Below are positions 1 through 9,536 of a stretch of DNA of 64,000 nt, one piece after another. This stretch comes from an archaeon (GTDB taxonomy: Archaea > Nanobdellota > Nanobdellia > Woesearchaeales > GW2011-AR15): assembly GCA_043826135.1 (NCBI GenBank), contig JBDRQT010000040.1, positions 993-64,992 of the forward strand, read 5' to 3'. The notes beneath the pieces are model-generated. The model did not search any database. It was not told the origin of the DNA and worked only from the letters and a program-made list of their open reading frames with translations. The stretch's first letter is position 1. Each line of letters begins with the position of its first letter. Made by a program: the position numbers and the translations under genes.

Positions 1-1490
1 CGCTCTCATGTAATGTTGACTTGGCAACAACTGATGCGAACGCAAACACTACCACTACAATTAGTGTCAATCGATGGGGATTGGTAGCCTGTAATTATAA
101 TAATTTGACAAAGAATGTATCAATATACATTAACGGAACAGAAGCGGCTTATAGTAATAGACAACAGGGTTCGGGTGCATTAAGTGATGATTCATCCTCT
201 GATATGTATGTTGGTAGCAATAACGGCGTGTTTGCTTATGATGGAACAATAGATGAATTTAGAATTTATAATTATACATTATCACAGAATCAGATTTATC
301 AAGACTATCTTGCAGGATTGGCTAATAGAACTTCAAATATTCTTGTCTTTAACGAAATTACTTTAAACGACCAGTGGCTCTGCTCAGTCACTCCGAATGA
401 TGGTTATGCTGATGGGCAGACAAAGAACTCAACCACTGTCACAATTACTCAAGCAAACAACGCACCCTCGATTTCAGCATTCGCATTAAAACCAACAATT
501 GCAAACACCTCCTCAAACATCCAGTGCAATGCAACAATCAGTGATGCAGAACAATCAACTGTAACAGTTGAATACTGGTGGTACAACAGCAGCGTGTTTG
601 TTCTTGGCGGAAACAAAACAGGTGTTGCTGTCAATTCAAATATAATAATTTCAACTTTAGGAAACGGAAACACAACAAAAGGAGAAACATGGAACTGCAC
701 AATAAGAGCGTTTGATGGTGAGCTTTATTCAAGCTATAATTCAACAGCAATAACCATCCAGAACGCTCCACCTTCGACACCTGCACTTGTTAGCCCGACA
801 AACGGAAACTTGACATATCATGACAGAACACCTGAGTTTAGTTGGACCTCAACAGATGCAGACGGAGACCCAATAAATTATACGATAAACATCACTTTCA
901 GTTCAACATTAAGCTGCGGCCCTGACATATGGAAAAACCTGACAGCGAACAGTTACACTGGTGCATTTGACTACTGTACTGACCAGGTAGTATATTGGCA
1001 GGTGATTGCATCAGACCCATATTCATCAAGCAGCTGGTCTAACTTATCTAATTTCACAATAGAATCCTTCCTTAGCATCAACCTGACAACAAGATCAATT
1101 GATTTCGGAATCCTGCACCTAATGGATGAAAGGAATACCGCTTCGGGATACGCACCGATAGTGATCGAGAATATTGGAAACATCTTCGTTAATATTGCCA
1201 GGATCGGTGCAAATGGTTCTCTATGGCAATCACTAGGCCTGGACACAGAATATTTCCAATTCAAGGCAGACAACCTAAGCACGCATCCTGATTCGTTCAA
1301 TTACACAAATTCAACGACAGAATGGACCAATGTCACTAGCGTCCAGACCGCTAATGCGACTATCCTCCGGGATCTGAATTACAGCGATGACCATAATGCT
1401 GCTGAAATTGACATAAAAGTTGTAGTTCCGCTGGAAGAGCCTCCAGGTTCAAGATCAGTAACCTTGTATATCATGGGTGAGCAGTCATGA
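1..1490 (+). CDS. Secreted surface protein, 5' end cut by the window edge: LamG/concanavalin-like lectin domain followed by beta-sandwich (Ig/FN3-like) repeats
   Basis: The frame of track ORF 21..1490 stays open back to nt 3, so the gene starts upstream of the window. 'WGLVACNYNN..VSIYINGTE...YDGTIDEFRIYNYTLSQNQIYQDYLAG' is a Laminin_G_3-type pattern. There are many N-x-S/T sequons. The stop overlaps the next start (ATGA at 1487-1490). Paralog of 62864..64000(-). Confidence 0.7.
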   Translation, partial: LSCNVDLATTDANANTTTTISVNRWGLVACNYNNLTKNVSIYINGTEAAYSNRQQGSGALSDDSSSDMYVGSNNGVFAYDGTIDEFRIYNYTLSQNQIYQDYLAGLANRTSNILVFNEITLNDQWLCSVTPNDGYADGQTKNSTTVTITQANNAPSISAFALKPTIANTSSNIQCNATISDAEQSTVTVEYWWYNSSVFVLGGNKTGVAVNSNIIISTLGNGNTTKGETWNCTIRAFDGELYSSYNSTAITIQNAPPSTPALVSPTNGNLTYHDRTPEFSWTSTDADGDPINYTINITFSSTLSCGPDIWKNLTANSYTGAFDYCTDQVVYWQVIASDPYSSSSWSNLSNFTIESFLSINLTTRSIDFGILHLMDERNTASGYAPIVIENIGNIFVNIARIGANGSLWQSLGLDTEYFQFKADNLSTHPDSFNYTNSTTEWTNVTSVQTANATILRDLNYSDDHNAAEIDIKVVVPLEEPPGSRSVTLYIMGEQS

Positions 1491-2656
1491 AAAAGCAACT
1501 GATTATCCAATTTTTTTGTATAATCATAATGATCAGTTATGCTTCTGCATTGGGCATCGCTCCAGCAAAAACTATAATAGAATTTACACCTTCACTTACC
1601 AAAGAGGGTATTCTGCATATCGAGTCCGACGCCTCAAGAGTAACTTTGAAAACTGATGGAGAAATAGGACAATATATTGTTTTGGATAAGGAATTGGCAG
1701 AAATCAAGAACGGTGAAGCATGGGTAAAATACAAATTAACCTTGCCTACCGAACTTCCACCAGGTGACCGGGAGGGCGGTATAATTATATCTGAGCTCCT
1801 GGAAGATACCTCTAAGGAGAATATTGTATATTTTGTCCCTGCCGTAAGACATAAGTTCATCGTCCGATCTCCTTATCCTGGAAAATATATAACTGGAAGA
1901 ATCTTCGTGACAAACAGCAATACTGAAGAACCAGCCGCCTTCACACTTGCGCTTGCTAACTGGGGGACTGAAAAAATAGAGAGCACAAAGGCAACTTTAA
2001 CCATAAAAGGACCCACGAACGAAGAGATAACTGTACTCAAAACTGAAGAGATCAGCCTTGATCCAGGAAAAGAGGGCAAACTTATGGGGTCATGGACAGC
2101 GGAAAATCCTGGCACATACTTTGTTGAAGCAATTGTAGAATATGACGGAAAAACATTCCAGCTTTCACAGCCGTTCAATGTGGGTAATCTTGAGATTGAG
2201 ATAGAAAATATCCAGGTAAATAATTTCAAGATTGGCCAGATAGCAAAACTTGACATCTACCTGAGGAATAAATGGAACCAACAGCTGAAGACTGAAGGGA
2301 AAGTTGACATATTCAAAGATGCAAGGCTTATCTCTTCATTCAATACTGTTCCTGTTGAAGTCGGAGCCCTGCAATCCGGAATGATGGAAGCCTACTGGAA
2401 TACCGAAGGTATAGAGATTGGAGAATATGATATCTCAGTCAAGGCATCATATGCAGGGAAGACCTCAGAAAAGACATTCAGTTCAATAGTCTCAATAGAC
2501 CAGATAACGATGAGAGACATGGCTTCTGCAAAAGTGGTTGGAACAGGATTAAAAGGGAATTCATTATTGATAATGCTCATAATTTTCCTAATAATTGGCA
2601 ACATTATCCTATTTTTCTATGTCAGGAAAAGATTGAATGAAAAGAAAAACGATTAA
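1487..2656 (+). CDS. Signal-peptide protein with CARDB-like beta-sandwich modules and a C-terminal TM anchor
   Basis: N-terminal h-region 'IIQFFCIIIMISYASALG'. Beta-rich modules ('FTLALANWGTEKIES...GTYFVEAIVEYDGKTF'). C-terminal TM 'LLIMLIIFLIIGNIILFFYV' plus a basic tail. Paralog of 61494..62867(-). Confidence 0.6.
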   Translation: MKKQLIIQFFCIIIMISYASALGIAPAKTIIEFTPSLTKEGILHIESDASRVTLKTDGEIGQYIVLDKELAEIKNGEAWVKYKLTLPTELPPGDREGGIIISELLEDTSKENIVYFVPAVRHKFIVRSPYPGKYITGRIFVTNSNTEEPAAFTLALANWGTEKIESTKATLTIKGPTNEEITVLKTEEISLDPGKEGKLMGSWTAENPGTYFVEAIVEYDGKTFQLSQPFNVGNLEIEIENIQVNNFKIGQIAKLDIYLRNKWNQQLKTEGKVDIFKDARLISSFNTVPVEVGALQSGMMEAYWNTEGIEIGEYDISVKASYAGKTSEKTFSSIVSIDQITMRDMASAKVVGTGLKGNSLLIMLIIFLIIGNIILFFYVRKRLNEKKND

Positions 2657-3882
2657 ATATTTCCTCTAAGCCTTTCTGCCTCAAGAACTCGCTTGATCGC
2701 AAGAATATAGGCTCCGTTCCTAAGGGAAGTCTTGTTTTTATCTGCTTCAAAGTATACTTCCTTGAAGGACTGCCTCATCTTCTTTTCCAATTTTTCCAGG
2801 ACTTCTTCCTCGCTCCAATAATAGCCTGAGAGATTCTGCCCCCACTCAAAATATGAAACTGTTACTCCTCCAGCATTTGCCAAGATATCAGGAACAATAT
2901 AGACACCTTTTTTCTCCAGGATTGTATCTGCTTCAGGAGTGACTGGACCATTAGCCAGCTCAATTATTAATTTGGCCTCGACTCTGGCAGCATTTTCCTT
3001 TGTTATCTGGTTCTCAATCGCAGCTGGAATTAGAACATCGCATTTAAGTTCAAGCAATTCTTCATTAGTGATCCCGTCAGCAAATCCGATTACAGATCCA
3101 TTTTCATGCTTATGGCTGAGGAGTGCTGGAATATCCAGTCCTTTCTGATTAAATACACCACCATTTATGTCAGAAACTGCGATTATTTTATATCCCATCT
3201 CATGGAGCATCCTGGCAATATTGCTGCCGACATTTCCAAATCCCTGGATAGCTACCGTTGTGCTAACCGGTGACATGTTCTTTAGGTGCATAAGTTCTTT
3301 CAGGATATATATGCCTCCCTGAGAAGTTGCATACTCTCTTGCTTTCGACCCTCCGATAGCAATTGGCTTGCCGGTAATCGCTTCTGGCAGATGCGCATCC
3401 TTTATTTTTTCATATTCATCAAGCATCCACGCAATTATTTTTGGATTTGTATTGACATCAGGTGCAGGAATATCTTTGTGTGGGCCGATATTATCAGAAA
3501 TCGCTCTGATGAAACCTCTGGAAAGCCTTTCAAGCTCAGATTCAGATAGCTTGCTGGGATCAACTTCGACCCCTCCTTTTGAACCCCCATAAGGAATATC
3601 AACTACAGCGCACTTCATGCACATCCAGAAAGCAAGGCTCTTGACTTCTCCTAAATCCACGTTCGGATGAAATCTTATGCCTCCTTTTGCTGGCCCTCTT
3701 GCATCATTATAGATAATTCTATAGCCTTTGAACCTTTTTAGAGTGCCATTATCCATCCTCACCGGAAAACTGACTATGATTGTCTTCTTTGGATTTAATA
3801 AAAGATCTGTTTGAGAATCATTTAATCCATAATATTTTTTGATCTTATCTATCTGCTCTCTCACATTATCAAAAACATCCAT
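2653..3882 (-). CDS. gdhA: Glutamate dehydrogenase (NAD(P)+)
   Basis: 'PAKGGIRFHP', 'DIPYGGSKGGV' (catalytic Lys region), and dinucleotide fold 'IQGFGNVGS'. 409 aa. SD-like AAGGTGA upstream. Confidence 0.95.
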   Translation of the reverse strand: MDVFDNVREQIDKIKKYYGLNDSQTDLLLNPKKTIIVSFPVRMDNGTLKRFKGYRIIYNDARGPAKGGIRFHPNVDLGEVKSLAFWMCMKCAVVDIPYGGSKGGVEVDPSKLSESELERLSRGFIRAISDNIGPHKDIPAPDVNTNPKIIAWMLDEYEKIKDAHLPEAITGKPIAIGGSKAREYATSQGGIYILKELMHLKNMSPVSTTVAIQGFGNVGSNIARMLHEMGYKIIAVSDINGGVFNQKGLDIPALLSHKHENGSVIGFADGITNEELLELKCDVLIPAAIENQITKENAARVEAKLIIELANGPVTPEADTILEKKGVYIVPDILANAGGVTVSYFEWGQNLSGYYWSEEEVLEKLEKKMRQSFKEVYFEADKNKTSLRNGAYILAIKRVLEAERLRGNI

Positions 3883-3911
3883 GAAATCACCTTGATTTAA
3901 GCTAAAATCAG

Positions 3912-5306
3912 TTATTTAAAAACATTGCTTAAGAAAAGCATAAATGCCAGCACAGGAGTGCAAATAAGTGCCATCGCCATTCCGAGCCTGATCATCTCTT
4001 TTCTTTTGACTTTGCCTGTTCCATAAATCATTGCAAATGATGGCATAGCAATAGGTGTCATTGCTGAAATGCCGGTTGCAAATGCCACAGTCATTGCTAC
4101 TATTCTATAATCTATGCCTATTGAATTTGCGAGGTCCAGAAATACAGGTACAAGAATTATTGCTGTAGAAGAATTATTGATAAAATTTGACAGAACTATT
4201 GAAAGAATAATTATTGCAACTAAAATAATATATGGATGCCCTCCGCCAAATATCTGCAATAGTTTGCTTGCAATAAGGGAAGCTGTACCTGTCTTCATAA
4301 GAATTTGCCCAAGGGTCAGGCCTCCTCCTATCAGAAGAAATATCTCCCATGAGATTTTCCTGACGTCGTCCCACTCAAGCACATGAAAACCAAACATGAA
4401 AAGCGCGCAGGAAAGTCCTATTATATCAGGACGTGCCAGCCTTTCTGGCAAGATGAAACTTCCCAGCAGCCATAATAATACAGTAGGAAGAAAAATTGCA
4501 AGCAGCTTTTTCTGGCCATAGGTCATCTTGTCGGATGTTTTTTCAGTCAGGCTTAATTCTTCATCATCCACTTTGTAGATCCATTTTATAACATAATAAC
4601 TGATCCAAAAAATGACAATTGCAATAGGCAATCCAATCTTCATCCAGTCTATAAAAGTGAAACTTCCTCTTTCGCTCAGATATGCCGCAGTTATCGCGTT
4701 TGGATTTGCCCCGACAATTGTTACCATGCCTCCGATGGAAGAAGCAATGCCTGCAGCAAGAAGCAGCATAGGAATATGCTTTTCAAATTTTTTTGAAAGT
4801 GTAAGGATAATCGGGATAAGCATTGCAAGAGTCGCAGTATTGGACATCCACATACCCAGAAGCGCAGTTGCGAGCATTGTAAAAAAAAGCAAGTGCCTGA
4901 TTTTCCCGCCTGAAAAAGAGATTATTTTTTTAGCCACCAGTGCATCCAGACCGTGTTTTCTGAACGCCTGTGCAATCATAAGCCCTGATAGGATAAGATA
5001 AATGACTGGGTTTGAGAAAGCTGAGAAAGGGCTGGAAGTGAGATTAAGGATTATTGCAAGAACCGGAATCATAAGTGAAGTCACAATTATGCTTACAGGT
5101 TCTAAGCTCCACAAAAGCGCAATGCATAAAAAAAGAGCAAGCGCTTTTTTGATATTCTGATCAACAGGCAAAGGCAGCAAAATAAAGATTGCCATGACAA
5201 TAAAAGGGATAAACAATTTAGTGTATTTCTGCAGTTTCTCAGGAAGCCAGTGGAAAAAAAAGTCATCTGGCATCAGAATATTGTGATTCTTGCTGTCCCT
5301 GCTCAT
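3912..5306 (-). CDS. DASS/SLC13-family anion (di/tricarboxylate or sulfate):Na+ symporter
   Basis: 464 aa polytopic membrane protein with the duplicated hairpin signatures 'WMSNTATLAMLIPI' and 'NNSSTAIILVPV'. Confidence 0.8.
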   Translation of the reverse strand: MSRDSKNHNILMPDDFFFHWLPEKLQKYTKLFIPFIVMAIFILLPLPVDQNIKKALALFLCIALLWSLEPVSIIVTSLMIPVLAIILNLTSSPFSAFSNPVIYLILSGLMIAQAFRKHGLDALVAKKIISFSGGKIRHLLFFTMLATALLGMWMSNTATLAMLIPIILTLSKKFEKHIPMLLLAAGIASSIGGMVTIVGANPNAITAAYLSERGSFTFIDWMKIGLPIAIVIFWISYYVIKWIYKVDDEELSLTEKTSDKMTYGQKKLLAIFLPTVLLWLLGSFILPERLARPDIIGLSCALFMFGFHVLEWDDVRKISWEIFLLIGGGLTLGQILMKTGTASLIASKLLQIFGGGHPYIILVAIIILSIVLSNFINNSSTAIILVPVFLDLANSIGIDYRIVAMTVAFATGISAMTPIAMPSFAMIYGTGKVKRKEMIRLGMAMALICTPVLAFMLFLSNVFK

Positions 5307-5348
5307 CCCTAATATAAAAAAATCAAACTAGTATTTCCATGTTTCGAT

Positions 5349-5876
5349 TCAGGTTAATATATAGATAATGGCAGCAATGAGTACAAAAACATGTGAGACT
5401 ACCCACCAGCTAAATTCTGGCATTACCTGTCCTTTTGCTTTTTCGTACTTATGCCAGGGATATAATTTCTCGATGAAAGGAATTCTCAGACTTAAAAGAA
5501 AAGGATTGTCAAAAATTCTGGGATAAAAAAGCACAAGCTTCCTATGACCTGGGATGTCAAGTAGGAGATGACTCATGGCGCCGACTATACATGATATAGA
5601 TACTGCCACAGAGAATTCTCTTGTCCAAAGATATGTAAGTGCGGCACTTGCTGGAACCACGATGAACGCATTGCCAAGAAGAGTGTGGAGGAATCCCTGC
5701 TGAGTGTCCAGATAAGAACCAATCAGTTTCTTTTTTTTGATGAAGGCCTTAATATACATTACAGGTGCTTCCATATCTGCAAGCAGGCTTGATATTACCA
5801 AAGCTGAAAAATTAAAATATGCTGGCCAGAGGTGTGATAGAACAACAACAGAAAGATGCGTCAGGGTTGATGCCAT
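5349..5876 (-). CDS. DUF457/YdjM-like membrane-bound metal-dependent hydrolase
   Basis: N-terminal 'STLTHL' and 'MSHLLLDIPGH' His motifs, 4-5 TM. Clear paralog of 9003..9536 (shared 'LDIP(G/A)H', 'K(L/I)YP(W/Y)..(Y/F)EKA...M(P/A)EF(S/Q)W'). Confidence 0.65.
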   Translation of the reverse strand: MASTLTHLSVVVLSHLWPAYFNFSALVISSLLADMEAPVMYIKAFIKKKKLIGSYLDTQQGFLHTLLGNAFIVVPASAALTYLWTREFSVAVSISCIVGAMSHLLLDIPGHRKLVLFYPRIFDNPFLLSLRIPFIEKLYPWHKYEKAKGQVMPEFSWWVVSHVFVLIAAIIYILT

Positions 5877-6733
5877 TTAAATATCCTTTTTGTCTGTCTG
5901 AACACCGGGCTGTAGATCTTCTCAAATGCCTCAGGAGATACTTTTCTTCTTTCAGAATGGATCTTGCCTGGAAGATTGATTGCTCTGAGTTTTGGAAACA
6001 CTTTTTTGTATCCTTTCATAACAATATCAAAATCTATGAGCGGATCATCCTTTGCCATAATAAGCAGTGCCGGAATCATATAATGGCCTGCAGTTTTGTG
6101 TACCTTTAAGGCATCGTGGATTGACTGCATTGAAACTCTTGCTGAAAATCTTTTGAAGTGCGATACATGATGCTCGAGATTATCTCCTGTCTTTAGATCC
6201 TTTTCCTGCTCAAAAATCTTAACAATTAATCTCATTATCCTTTTAGACCTAAATATCCTATCATTGATGTGGCAAAATGGCCTTCTCCATAATAATGAAG
6301 TTCCGATCCTGAGCCCTGTCTTTGACAGTTTATTCATCTTAAGTGAATTGATGCCGTACATCGGAAAAATAAGAAGAACACCTTTTGCATTTTTTTTGAC
6401 ATAATCACTATCAAAACTATTGGTAAGGATCTGGCCGCCCATTGAAACTGCGCCAATTATGAAATCAGTGATCTTTAATTTTTTTATCCATTTTGCTGTA
6501 AACTTAGCATATTCAACAATAGTGAATTTCTTAATTCCTTCTGTACCTCCTGTTCCAGGAAGATCAAGGGTATGAACTCTGTAATATTTGGAAATCATTT
6601 GAATAGAATCATTCATCCGTTCAAGATCAGATTTCCAGCCTGGAATAAGGACGAGATTCTGGCCCTCACCTTTGATCAAATACCTGGTGCGAACTCCATT
6701 AATGAGTATATAGCTTATCTCGGACATATTCAA
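5861..6733 (-). CDS. Alpha/beta-fold hydrolase
   Basis: 'INGVRTRYLIKGEGQNLVLIPGW' and nucleophile elbow 'GAVSMGG'. Its 3' end overlaps the start of 5349..5876 by 16 nt. Confidence 0.8.
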   Translation of the reverse strand: MNMSEISYILINGVRTRYLIKGEGQNLVLIPGWKSDLERMNDSIQMISKYYRVHTLDLPGTGGTEGIKKFTIVEYAKFTAKWIKKLKITDFIIGAVSMGGQILTNSFDSDYVKKNAKGVLLIFPMYGINSLKMNKLSKTGLRIGTSLLWRRPFCHINDRIFRSKRIMRLIVKIFEQEKDLKTGDNLEHHVSHFKRFSARVSMQSIHDALKVHKTAGHYMIPALLIMAKDDPLIDFDIVMKGYKKVFPKLRAINLPGKIHSERRKVSPEAFEKIYSPVFRQTKRIFKWHQP

Positions 6734-6737
6734 AGAA

Positions 6738-7727
6738 TCAAAACATGATCTTAAGCAGCCCTACTATCCTGCTGCTATAGCCCCATTCATTGTCATACCA
6801 ACCAACGACTTTAAGAAAATTATCGCCGAGCATCATTGTACTTTGTGCATCAAATATGGTGCTATGGGAATTTCCGACAATATCTGAACTCACAAGCGGT
6901 TCCTCAGAATATTCAAGAATGCCTTTCAAATGATATTTGGACACTTCACTAAACAGCCAATTTACCTGCTCTTTTGTTGTCGGCTTTTTCAGGATGCACA
7001 CAAAATCTGTAATGGATCCGCATGGGACAGGAACTCTCATGGCAAGGCCTGTAAGTTTTCCTTTAAGTTCTGGTATCACTTCTCCAACAGCCGCTGCTGC
7101 GCCTGTAGTTGTAGGAACAATATTAGTTGCCGCGCTTCTTGCCCTCCTAAGATCCTTATGAGGAAGGTCTAGTATTCTCTGATCATTTGTATATGCATGG
7201 ACCGTTGTCATAAATCCCTTTTCTATCCCGAAATTATCCTGGAGAACCTTTACCATCGGTGCCAGGCAGTTAGTTGTGCATGATGCATTGGAGATGACAA
7301 TATCATTTTTAGCATCATATGCGGATTCATTCACTCCCATCACCAGCAGTTTCACGCCTTTTGCAGGAGCTGACACAAGCACTTTTCTTGCACCTGCCTT
7401 GATATGCAGGGATGCACCTTCCATCGATGCGAAAAAACCTGTAGATTCAATCACTACGTCAATATTCAGATCTGCCCAAGGGAGTTTAGCAGGGTCTTTC
7501 TCAGATAATATTAGTACTCGCTTGCCATCGACAATAATATTCTTGTCATCGTATGTAACAGTTCCGCTATAGATACCATGAGAAGAATCATACTTGAACA
7601 GATGCGCGAGAGTCTTTACATCAGTTAGATCGTTTACAGCAACAAACTCAAGTTTTGGATCATTTATGCCTATCCTTAGCACCTGCCTTCCTATTCTACC
7701 GAAACCATTGATAGCCACTCTTACCAT
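6738..7727 (-). CDS. gap: Glyceraldehyde-3-phosphate dehydrogenase, class I (bacterial/eukaryal type)
   Basis: 'VAINGFGRIGR', catalytic 'SNASCTTNCLAP', C-terminal 'WYDNEWGYS'. SD AGAGGTG lies 6 nt upstream of the ATG. Confidence 0.95.
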   Translation of the reverse strand: MVRVAINGFGRIGRQVLRIGINDPKLEFVAVNDLTDVKTLAHLFKYDSSHGIYSGTVTYDDKNIIVDGKRVLILSEKDPAKLPWADLNIDVVIESTGFFASMEGASLHIKAGARKVLVSAPAKGVKLLVMGVNESAYDAKNDIVISNASCTTNCLAPMVKVLQDNFGIEKGFMTTVHAYTNDQRILDLPHKDLRRARSAATNIVPTTTGAAAAVGEVIPELKGKLTGLAMRVPVPCGSITDFVCILKKPTTKEQVNWLFSEVSKYHLKGILEYSEEPLVSSDIVGNSHSTIFDAQSTMMLGDNFLKVVGWYDNEWGYSSRIVGLLKIMF

Positions 7728-7828
7728 TTATAACACCTCTTATTATCATTATCAGAAAATAAACCATCAGTGGCTATCAGGGTTCCAAAAATCTTCGATT
7801 TTTCTGAACCGTTTATCGCAACTCTCAT
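7721..7828 (-). CDS. Possible 35-codon upstream ORF (MRVAINGSEKSKIFGTLIATDGLFSDNDNKRCYKW) ending on the gap start codon
   Basis: Not in the track (<60 aa). ATG at 7828 is preceded by AAGGGTGA (SD-like, 5-nt spacer). Its TAA (7723..7721) overlaps the gap ATG region (..AAATGGTAA..). Its first residues mimic the GAPDH N-terminus (M-V-RVAING). Confidence 0.25.
   Translation of the reverse strand: MRVAINGSEKSKIFGTLIATDGLFSDNDNKRCYKW
7781..7810. promoter_or_regulatory. Imperfect 30-nt palindrome/hairpin GGTTCCAAAAATC-TTC-GATTTTTCTGAACC upstream of gap
   Basis: 5 bp + 7 bp stems with a small internal loop and a 3-nt apical loop. Located 54-83 nt upstream of the gap ATG, between two co-directional genes. 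Confidence 0.3.
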
Positions 7829-7866
7829 GAAAATCACCCTTTTTTTACTGAGTTAATCTTTTTCGG

Positions 7867-9006
7867 TTAATAAAGTTTGTCAAATTGCGCCGCTGTATAA
7901 ATGAAAAGACCGCTGCTCCATGCGAAACTTGTTTCAGCAGTGTAAAAATGATCTTTGAACTGATTACCCGTGCTGTCATATATCTCAGACACAGTCTTAT
8001 CTTTTATAATCTTATCAGCTATTTTGAGCATGTCCGCCTTGGCTTCTTCCTTTTTCCCAAGCTTAAGTTTAAGCTGAATATTTAGGCATCCTATCCAAAT
8101 CCAGATAGATTCATTGTGATAGGCTCTAAGTACAACCCAGTTAAGAGGATTAATTTTTCCAAAGGGATATTTTGGCCAGTTTGTTTTTGACGGAAGCGGA
8201 GTATCGATGCCCTTGCTTTGAATAAATTTCAAGATTTTTAGAGATTTTTTCTTATCTGCAATTCCAAATAAGGCAGCCGCAAGGTTTCCGGGTGTTGAGA
8301 ATGTCAGATCAGTATATTTATCGATAGAATCAGCATAGTAGTCGCCAACCCAGAATAATTCATTAATTCTTTTCTTTACTATTCCTGCTCTGTATGTTTC
8401 CTCATGAAATGGCTTTTTCAACAATTTATTTAGGTAGATCATATCATTTAGTGCTTTGTAATACAAAGAATTTGTGAACAACACATATCCTTTTTTTAAA
8501 ATTGATTCATCCCAATTTTCAAGATAATTCTCAAATATCAAACCTTTTTTTTGAGAACTTTCTATATAACCTAGCGCATACACCAATTGCACATAATGTT
8601 TCCTTAAAAATGGAATATCTCCGCTTTTTTCGATGTAATGACGGAAAGCAGTCAAAAATACGATATTCTGGAATTTTGGGGGTGCAAAAAAAGGTATCAA
8701 TGAATAAGATGGTTTTTTGATTTCCGGATGAAAACGTGGAGTGATAAATTTCAAGAGATAAAATGGCAAAGGCGCTGAGATTCGTCTGGGCAATGCACCT
8801 TCTGAATTTTGATATTTCAGGAACGTCTCAAAGGTCAATTTCACTATGGCAAACTCTTTGATTTCAGCCGCACCAAAAGACGCAAAAAATGAATCCCATG
8901 ACCAGTATGTATCTCTTGTTCCTCCAGTTTTTATTCCAAGAGGGCCGTAACTGCTCTTTAGACATTCTATTGAGATTTCAGTTGCCTTATTTATCAATTG
9001 ATTCAT
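7867..9006 (-). CDS. (alpha/alpha)6 glycoside hydrolase, GDE_C / GH63-like (amylo-alpha-1,6-glucosidase-like)
   Basis: 'GGTRDTYWSWDSFFASFGA' and C-terminal 'EIYDS.G.......ETSFAWSSGLFIY' resemble the six-hairpin debranching-enzyme fold. I start it at the internal ATG 9006, which forms an ATGA overlap with the stop of 9003..9536. The track start 9066 would overlap that gene by 64 nt. Confidence 0.55.
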   Translation of the reverse strand: MNQLINKATEISIECLKSSYGPLGIKTGGTRDTYWSWDSFFASFGAAEIKEFAIVKLTFETFLKYQNSEGALPRRISAPLPFYLLKFITPRFHPEIKKPSYSLIPFFAPPKFQNIVFLTAFRHYIEKSGDIPFLRKHYVQLVYALGYIESSQKKGLIFENYLENWDESILKKGYVLFTNSLYYKALNDMIYLNKLLKKPFHEETYRAGIVKKRINELFWVGDYYADSIDKYTDLTFSTPGNLAAALFGIADKKKSLKILKFIQSKGIDTPLPSKTNWPKYPFGKINPLNWVVLRAYHNESIWIWIGCLNIQLKLKLGKKEEAKADMLKIADKIIKDKTVSEIYDSTGNQFKDHFYTAETSFAWSSGLFIYTAAQFDKLY

Positions 9007-9536
9007 GTTAGCACAAAAATAAGAATTACTAGTGCCAGTGGGATAACCATGCTCAGCAAAGTCCATTGGAATTCTGCCATATATTGGTAAGCTGCCTTCT
9101 CAAATCTCCTGTAAGGATATATTTTCTCAAGTCTGGGAGTTGCCCATTTAAGCAGCAATGGATTTTTATTGTAGACCTTAAAAGGCCAAAGCATCATAAG
9201 CGACGGATGCGCCGGAATATCAAGTATCAGATGGCTTGCAAGTCCCAAGATTGCTGAATTCAGTACTAGAACTGGATTATAACCGAGTGAAATGAATCCA
9301 AAATAAAGAATAGGCAGACTTACTACAATGTTTCCAATAATTGAATGCAATACTCCTGTTGTTGCAAGTATATCTACTGAGTTCTTTATGCTTCTTGTTT
9401 TAATCAGGCCAAATATTGCCAAGGGAAGATATTCAATATCAGGAAAATTGGCAGCAACTAATAATACTACGGGATCCAGCCCTTTTATCAGTAGTCCGAG
9501 CAGACCCACCGATGAATGAACAAAAATCGAACCCAT
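9003..9536 (-). CDS. DUF457/YdjM-like membrane-bound metal-dependent hydrolase (second copy)
   Basis: 'ASHLILDIPAHPSLMMLWPF' and 'KIYPYRRFEKAAYQYMAEFQW'. Paralog of 5349..5876. Its start overlaps the upstream hydrolase stop (TAATG). Confidence 0.65.
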   Translation of the reverse strand: MGSIFVHSSVGLLGLLIKGLDPVVLLVAANFPDIEYLPLAIFGLIKTRSIKNSVDILATTGVLHSIIGNIVVSLPILYFGFISLGYNPVLVLNSAILGLASHLILDIPAHPSLMMLWPFKVYNKNPLLLKWATPRLEKIYPYRRFEKAAYQYMAEFQWTLLSMVIPLALVILIFVLT

